From: Mesotaenium endlicherianum
Lineage: Eukaryota
DNA: 41,801 nt
NCBI GenBank assembly: GCA_009602735.1
Contig: WELA01003597.1
Span: forward strand, 937,157-978,957
Direction: 5' to 3'
This document shows positions 34,081 to 41,801 of this stretch, piece by piece; the stretch's first letter is position 1; each line of letters opens with the position of its first letter. The notes under the pieces were generated by a model. The model worked only from the letters and a program-made list of their open reading frames with translations. It searched no databases and had not been told where the DNA came from. Position numbers and translations under genes: made by a program.

Positions 34081-36342
34081 CCTTGTTGATCATAAACACA
34101 ATGCAATTAGTGAAGTCATGATACTTTGCCGCTACTAAAAGCCCGTGGTAAAGAAGAACGTGATAGGGAGAGTCCCTAGTGTGTAGTATCTTGTGTGAGT
34201 GAGTATAGGAGAGAATTGAGTTTGAGAGAAAAAGTGAGTATGAGTGCAGGTTGAGTGTGTAGAATAGTTATAAAATTTGCCTGGTTGATCTCAAAACGGA
34301 ACACACTCCCTCCAACTTAATTTTAAAGGTGGGTTGCATGTCACAACTGTCACTATCTGTCACTAATCGTCACATTCTCCTACGACTTATATGGAGACAG
34401 GTCCTCCTGTCACCTGTCCATGTACACTGAAATGACAGTTAGGGATGGGTGCCAACTGCCCGAAGGTGGAACCGTTTCAATGCCCCTTTGGCACTGGTCA
34501 GCTGGTCTTTAAATTCCCAAGTGTCCCCTGGCATCGTAACCCTTCCATCTGACGAGGTACTTCAAGACTTCAAGACATATTTAGATGATCGACGAACACA
34601 GCAAGCGTCTAAAATCTCCTCGACCTCATATTCCTCAGGGTCACCATCTAGGACAGCGGGGATCGGTCCCGGTTGGACAGGTAACCGACCGGTGAACTGT
34701 GTGTCACCTTTAATGTATGGTTCGAGGAAGGAGACATTAAAGACTGGGTGACCCTTGTATTCTGCTGACAAAATCAGTTTATAAGCATTCTGACCGACAT
34801 CTCGCGCACCACCGAATATGGACTGACCCAGACAAGACCAAGCTTTTTCTTGACCACACCAGGCAGGTACAGGTGCTGAGAATGCAGTTTGACCAAATCG
34901 ACCTTAGAAAATGTCAGTACTCGACGGTGCTGATTAGCGTATTTTCGTTGGTTTTCCTGGGCTTTGTGCAGCAACTGTTGGACTTCTGACAGGGTGTCAG
35001 CAAACTCCAGGGTTAACTGGAGGGAGACCGGATTGTCAATCCCTTCAGGGTGAGTTAAAGACTTTCCTAGTACATCAAAGGAGACTTAGGGACTCTCCCC
35101 AGGCTCAGTTCAAAAGGAGTCTTGCTCGTTGACGCGTGCACCGCACTATTGACCGCAAATTGGATTTGAGGCAACAGGTCATCCCAATAATCTTGTTTCT
35201 GGTTAATATATGCTCTCAACACCTCTTGCAGAACTCGGTTAGTTCTTTCAGTCTGCCCATCAGTCTGAGGGTGGTGTGCTATGCTGAGCGGCTGCTTGAC
35301 TCCCATTGACCCCATTAAAGCTCTCCAAAACTTAGAGGTAAATTTTGAGTCTCTGTCTGAGATGATATAAGAGGGTAGCCCATGTTGGCATACTACATGG
35401 TTGTAGAACCACCTCGCTGTTCCGAGTGCAGTTACTTTGACGGTTGTAGGGATGAAAATGACCATTTTTGTCAGTTTATCCACAACTACGAATATCAAAT
35501 CATGCCCATTGGCAGTTCGTGGCGATGTTACCACCCAGTCCATGGAAAGTGTTTCCCAGCGTCCAGCTGGGATGGGCAGCGGTTGTAAGAGATCCCCCGG
35601 TGGTGTGTGCCTAGACTTATTTCTTTGACACTGATTACAAGACAACATATTTCAAGACCTTCCGAGGTAATCCCTCCCAATGATAATGTTTTGCCAGTTT
35701 GCCAACGATTTTGGCCTGTCCCAAATGCCCACCCAGTAAACTGTCAAGTGCTTGACTCAGTTAAAGGGACCTTATTTCCAAGTTATTAGGAATGAATAGC
35801 TTCAGCCTGCCTGAAGTGGTCTCAGTCACGCAGACCCCTCCCTTAAGCTTATACCCGAGTGCAGTAGCAAGACACACACCATGAGTGGAACTGGGCTCAA
35901 ATGTTAGGTCAGAAAGGTAGGCTTTCCTAAGTTGTTCAAGGAAGGACATTTTCACCTTGAGTGAAGTGAGTGCACAAAGGACTGTAACTACAGCATGCTG
36001 ACTAAAGTTCCTTTCTTGCAAATCAGGTCTTCTAGAGAGTGCATCAGCATGATTCAATTTCCCTGGTTTGTAGTCAATTGAAACTGCTCCAGCATCTGGC
36101 TCCAGCGGTTCTCCCTCCTTGACAGCTTGGACTTTCTTTGAAATTGAGTCTGAGCTAGATGATCTGTAATCACCTTGAAAGCTTTACCATGTAAATTTGC
36201 TCTCCACTGTTTGAGCACATGAATGATGGCTAGCAGCTCTTTATCATGCACAGAGTAATTAATCTCCGCTGCATTAAATTTCATAGACTCGTACAACACA
36301 GGATGCCACTCCTGCTTCACCTTACCATCCTTTGTGGTTTTG

Positions 36343-38407
36343 TGTAATGAATCAGTATATTAGTATATATAATATTCATTTAAATATAATAGTTAATTAA
36401 GTTCAGCCTGCTGAACTTTAGTAAATAATTAGTCTGCTCGACTTTACATATTTATCAGTTTAATGAGTCAGCCGGAAGCAGCAGGCTGAAGTTTATATAA
36501 GTCAGCTTGCTGACCCATTCTTTGACAGCCAGCTAACTTCCGTACTCGGTAGCAGCGAACTGCCTTGACATACACCTAAGTACGATATGCTAGATGAATG
36601 GCCAGATGACATCCGTATGATGGATGGCTATTCGGGATGATGGGAGATGGCGGTGGAATTGGTTAACCGAGGTCCTACCAACGTGATTAACTCCCAGGTA
36701 GGCGGTGCCATCGCACTGACCGTTGAACAGTAAACTCATTCCATGTACATACGCTAGGCACTGCTCTCGAGTTCGGCATTCGGAGACGAGGCCAACTCTC
36801 TTGTACAGCTTACTGAGAGAGATCTGAATCCAAGGCGAGAAGCCATTGATACGCACTGTCTTCTAACCTTGCTTATGTATGAGTTTACTGATTTGCATTA
36901 TTGATGCTAGTTTACTCTCATTTGACTGACGAGTATTATTCCCTGCTAGTGTATTGTCCTTTGCCGTTTAACTAGTTAACGGAAATACCATAAAGGTTAC
37001 TTGCTGATATAAAGATCTTTATTAATTGTTAATCGCCTATTTGGTAAGTCGATTCATTTCAGTGGTATCGGAGCAGTTATCACAGTCTTCTTTGTATGGT
37101 AAGGACAAGGTCTCAAACTAGCAACTCCCGAGACATGGAGAACCAGGAGAACGAGAATGTCGAAAACCAGGCGGAAAGCCATGTAGCGGGAAACCGTACC
37201 TATTCGGAAGCAGTAGCAGATACTGCAGCTAGGGAGGCTGCAGAGGAGTCAGCTGCTATTGCCTCTGTCGCAGCTCAGCAAGCTGAGGAGGAGAGAGCCA
37301 GGCTAGAAGCTGAACAAGTAGCAAAGGCCGCTGAAGATATACAAAGGAGGGAAGGACAGCCAGCTGACGAGCGCACTGTTGAAGAACTTATGGCATCAAG
37401 GGCCAATGTTCTGAACCCACCTCCTGCCGTACAACTCAATGTACCCCTAGGTCAAATACGTGACCGGCTGAATGCGGCAGGAATTGCTGCTGCAGGAGCG
37501 AGAGGGATTGTTGAGGACACTACTCAGCGAGTAGATGCCAATGCTGCTGCTGCATTTGCTAATCTACCACCCCAAAATGTAGACTTGGGAGCATTGTTCG
37601 TTCAAATGCAGTCGCAAATGGCGACCGTGTATCAGTCCCAGCAGGTGGACAAAAGAATCATAATGTCCCTACTACGGGACAGAGACTGTAATGAATCAGT
37701 ATATTAGTGGATATAATATTCATTTATTTCTAATAGTTAATTAAGTTCAGCCTGCTGAACTTTAGTTAATAGTCAGTCTGCTGGACTTTACATAATTATC
37801 AGTTTAATGACTCGGCCGAAAGCAGTAGGCTGAAGTCAACTTAAGTCAGCTTGCTGACACATTCTTTGACAGCCAGCTGACTTCCGTGCTCGGTAGCAGC
37901 GAACTGCCTTGATATGCATCTAAGTACCACCTGCTAGATGAATGGCCAGATGACATCCCCATGATGGATGGCTATTCGGGATGATGGGAGATGGCGGTGG
38001 ATTTGGTTAACCAAGGTCCTGCCAAGGTGGTTAACTCCCGGGTAGGCGGTGCCATCGCACTGACCGTTGAACAGTAAACTCATTCCATGTACATACGCTA
38101 GGCATTGCTCTCGAGTTCGGCATTCGGAAACGAGGCCAACTCTCTTGTACAGCTTACTGAGAGGGATCTGAATCCAAGGCGAGAAGCCATTGATACGCAC
38201 TGTCTTCTAACCTTGCTTATGTATGAGTTTACTGATTTGCATTATTGATGCTAGTTTACTCGCATTTGACTCACGAGTATTATTCACTGCTAGTGTATTG
38301 TCCTTTGCCGTTTAACCAGTTAACGGAAATTACCATGAAGATTACTTGCTGACATAAAGATCTTTATTAATTTAATAATCGCTTATTTGGTAAGACGATT
38401 CATTTCA
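36343..38407 (+). mobile_element. Mini-element LTR-PBS-5'gag-LTR inserted into the RNase H region of element C
   Basis: LTRs 36343-37061 and 37687-38407; perfect 5-bp TSD TTTTG on both sides; host pol is continuous across it. Confidence 0.9.
37096..37707 (+). CDS. gag: Truncated Gag N-terminal ORF (203 aa) that terminates inside the downstream LTR
   Basis: Open frame MVRTRSQ...LLRDRD|CNESVY*; lacks the capsid core and zinc knuckle. Confidence 0.65.
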   Translation: MVRTRSQTSNSRDMENQENENVENQAESHVAGNRTYSEAVADTAAREAAEESAAIASVAAQQAEEERARLEAEQVAKAAEDIQRREGQPADERTVEELMASRANVLNPPPAVQLNVPLGQIRDRLNAAGIAAAGARGIVEDTTQRVDANAAAAFANLPPQNVDLGALFVQMQSQMATVYQSQQVDKRIIMSLLRDRDCNESVY

Positions 38408-38744
38408 TTTTGTCAGCAGGCTGCAACAAAATAGCACCCATGGCAAAGTCAAAAGCATCGGTAACCACCTGCAGGACTAGCACTAGGGCAAAACAAAGAG
38501 CATCTTTAAGGGTCTGGAAGGCAGCTTGCTGCTCTTCCCCCTACACATACCCTATGTCTTTCTTAGTAAGGTCAGTCACTTTACTGGCTTTTGCAGAATA
38601 ATTCTCAATAAATCACCTATAGTAGTTAGCCAACCCAAGGAAGGATATAACTTCGGAGACAGATTGTGGTACATGCCAGTTCTTCATGGTCTGGACTTTC
38701 TTAGGATCCACAATGATGCCTTCTTTGCTGACAATGTGGCCTAG

Positions 38745-39465
38745 TGTAATGAATCAGTATACTGGTTGATATAATATTCATTTAAATAATATAGTTAAAT
38801 AAGTTAAGCCTGCTGAACTCTAGTTAACAATCAGTCTGCTGGTCTTTATACTTAATATCAGTTTAATGACTTGGCCGGAAGTAGCAGGCTGAGGTCACCT
38901 TAAGTCAGCGTGCTGACATATTCTTTGACAGCCAGCTGACTTCCGTACTCGGTAGCAGCGAACTGCCTCGATTTGCATCTAAGTGTGGTATGCTAAATGA
39001 ATGGCCAGATGACATCCCTATGATGGATGGCGATTCGGGATGATGGGAGATGGCGGTGGATTTGGTTAACCGAGGTCCTACCAACGTGGTTAACTCCCGG
39101 GTAGGCGGTGCCATCGCACTGACCGTTGAACAGTAAACTCATTCCATGTACATATGCTAGGCATTGCTCTCGAGTTCGGCATTCGGAAACGAGGCCAACT
39201 CTCTCGTACAGCTTACTGAGAGAGATCTGAATCCAAGGCGAGAAGCCATTGATACGCACTGTCTTCTAACCTTGCTTATGTATGAGTTTACTGATTTGCA
39301 TTATTGATGCTAGTTTACTTTCATTTGACTGACGAGTATTATTCCCTGCTAGTGTGTTGTCCTTTGCCGTTAAACCAGTTAACGGAAAATGCCATAAAGA
39401 TTATTTGCTGATATAAAGATCTTTATTTATTGTTAATCGCCTATTTGGTAAGTCGATTCATTTCA
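38745..39465 (+). mobile_element. Solo LTR inserted in the RT region of element C
   Basis: TG...CA LTR with perfect TSD CCTAG on both sides; no PBS or PPT. Confidence 0.93.
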
Positions 39466-40985
39466 CCTAGAAATTCAATACTTTCTTTGAAGAAATCTCA
39501 CTTGCTCATTTCAGCATACAACTGGTTTCTCCTTTGAGTGTCCACGACTGCTCAGCATGCTCAACTTCATCTTTAGAGAAAATTAAAATATCACCCACAA
39601 AGACTTGCACAAACTTATCCAGGTAAGGTCTGAAAAGGTTATTCATAGCACCCATGAAGGTTGCAGGAGCATTAGACAGTCCAAATGGCATATCGTTAAA
39701 CTCATAGTGTCCATAACGTGTGCGAAAGGCAGTCTTGTGTTCATCCCCCTCAGCAATTCTGAATTGATGATAACCACCCTTGAGAACCATCTTATTGAAC
39801 CCTTTAGCACCAAACAGGGTATTAATCAAGTCCTCGAATCTTGGTAAAGCATACTTGTTTTTTACTGTAATTCTGTTAAGAGGTCCGTAATCAACGCACA
39901 TCCGCATACTCCCATCCTTGTTCTTAACAAAGAGGATGGGTGCGCCATAAGGTGATTTACTGGGGGAAATGTAACCATTTCCCTCAAGCTCTCCAATCTG
40001 TGATTTCAACTCTTCGCTCTCCACATAAGACAAGCCATCAGTGCGTTGCCAGGGTGGTTGACTCCCAGGTAATAAGTCAATCCTGTGATCCACTTCCCCC
40101 TTAGGAGGTAGTCCTGGAGGCATATTAAAAATATCAGTTAACTGAGCAAAATTTTTTGCAGCAGTAGGGTCCTCCGGAGGATTTACCTTTTTCTCAACCA
40201 CTTCTTCATGTTGAGGAGGTTCCTCTCTTAGCAGCAGACAGAACATTCTGTCTTCCTTCTGAATCCAACTTTCGATGAACTCTATTGCATTCAGCAATTT
40301 GCATCCTCTTGGAAGCCTCTTCTTTTCCTTCATTGCCATCCACACGGGACTAAAGGAAGAGCACTGGTGGGTGCCAAGTTAGTCTGCCCATCACTGGCTC
40401 CTCTCACTTTAGCTGTACCTCTGCTCCAACACACTTCAGCTTGATGTCTATTTAACCAGGACCTGCCTAGCACGAGATTATGATAGCCAGTATTAAGTAC
40501 CTCAAATGTAAGCGTTTCAGCTAGAACTGCAATGCCAGAACCTAACTGGACCTCAATAGGCTTGGTTATAACTCCACCCAGGATACTTGAGGCATCTCCA
40601 AGGAATAATTTTCTATTCCCTTGGGTGACAGTAGGCAGCCTTAGCCGCTTAACTAAGTCCTTATGGATAAAAGTATGTGACGCCCCTCCGTCAACAAATG
40701 CCCTCACCTTCCTACCTGCAATCATGCAATGCAGTAGGATAGGGGGGACTGTCTTTTCCTGACTTTCGCATTGTTCTCCTGACTTAGCAAAGAAATGTTG
40801 GACATCAGGTGGAACTAGATCATCCAGAGTGTGCACTTTCTGGAGATCTATATTGGTGATGGTCGCCTTTATCTGGTTGTCAGGCATGCATAGTGAATCC
40901 AGTTCAGGAGGACCCATAATACCTGCTACAAGGGCAGCTAGTGACGACTCACTATCTCTAGCATCCTCACAGTCAGTAGACTGGA

Positions 40986-41801
40986 TTACTGACTGTTGCT
41001 ATCTTTTAAAGGCTGGTCTATTCTCTCGACCTTTGGGAGGTGCTTGTGCAGACACTGCTCTCTAAAGGGACCTGCCTGCTGGCAATGGAAGCAAACAGAT
41101 TTTGCTGAGGCTGGTCTCGGCTTAGTCATACCACCACCTCTTCCATAGCCGCCTCGAGAGGAACCACCTCTACCTCTAGACTGTATGGCATTATATTCAT
41201 ACTCATATCCATCACACTGGTCATCCTCAGCCTGGTCTCCTTCAATTTCATTGTAGGAATCGTGGGGCGTTTTGACAACCTTAGACACCAAAGCATTACT
41301 CTGGCGCTTGTGATTGAACTGCTGCTGATCCCAGGCATCCGCATCCTGGATCAAGTCAGCCAGTTTATCATACTTTTCCTCAGCAAAATGACCAGAGACC
41401 TTGGATTTCAAGCCATACCTGAAGTATGCAATCCTATACCGTTCTGGCCAGTTGGGCTGTTTCATCATGTTCTCCTGGAACTTTTGAGCAAACTCAGCAA
41501 CTGAAGTGGTCTGCTTCAATGTCCGGGAGATCATCGCATAGATAGCTTTCTCCTACTGGTTGATGACATCAAACTTCTCATGCAACTTCTCGACAAACTC
41601 TACCCACGTAGGGTCATCGAGTTGCTGAGGCTTACGCTCTCCTTTCCAGTATAGCCACCAGTCTGCGGCACTGCCTTTCAGTAGCGCACCGGTGTGCCTG
41701 ACCTTCTCGTAATCTTGCAGTTCTGGGTAGTTCTCCAGCCACTGCTCAACATCCGCGAGAAACTTGATCAGGTAATATTTTCTGTTTCCCTCAGGATCAT
41801 A
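40986..41801 (-). pseudogene. gag: 3' part of gag of element C (degenerate zinc knuckle, in-frame stop near 41555)
   Basis: Homologous to ~22313-23130; CFHCQQAGPFREQC has lost the knuckle His. Confidence 0.88.

Larger units (their letters stand above)
34439..40917 (-). pseudogene. pol: Disrupted pol of element C
   Basis: Fragments of PR (40330-40917), RT (39506-40345; FLDD degenerated to FVGD), RH, IN (35067-35648) and chromodomain, with frameshifts and two insertions. Confidence 0.92.
31555..41801 (-). mobile_element. Decayed full-length family member (element C) in inverted orientation, 5' end outside the window; hosts two nested insertions
   Basis: 3' LTR 31555-32251, PPT, ORF3 32422-34080, frameshifted pol 34439-~41000, gag 40986->41801. 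Confidence 0.92.

Overview
Eukaryotic nuclear DNA from a streptophyte plant lineage; gene content and intron style suggest a charophyte/zygnematophyte-type alga (inference). Bases 1-16.4 kb are gene-rich: a TRICHOME BIREFRINGENCE-LIKE (TBL) gene (minus, runs off the window, GDS motif reads GDQ), a stray RRP41 exon next to an assembly gap, a 9-exon CGL160 gene, two head-to-head CASP-like genes and an intronless PLATZ gene. From 19.5 kb to the end is a nest of one Ty3/Gypsy chromovirus family with 8 LTRs of ~0.7 kb. It holds a near-intact element (gag, -1 frameshift signal, intact pol with chromodomain, and an extra 555-aa sense ORF3 before the 3' LTR), a decayed inverted copy, an older copy with a strongly diverged ORF3, a solo LTR with TSD, and an LTR-5'gag-LTR mini-element whose gag/LTR junction recurs at the identical base in a 3-LTR structure. 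Most notable: the non-env ORF3 module, the recurrent truncated-gag unit, the frameshift hairpin/pseudoknot, and host introns with C-rich 5' ends and G-rich 3' ends instead of polypyrimidine tracts. All exon models and alignments were made by eye.
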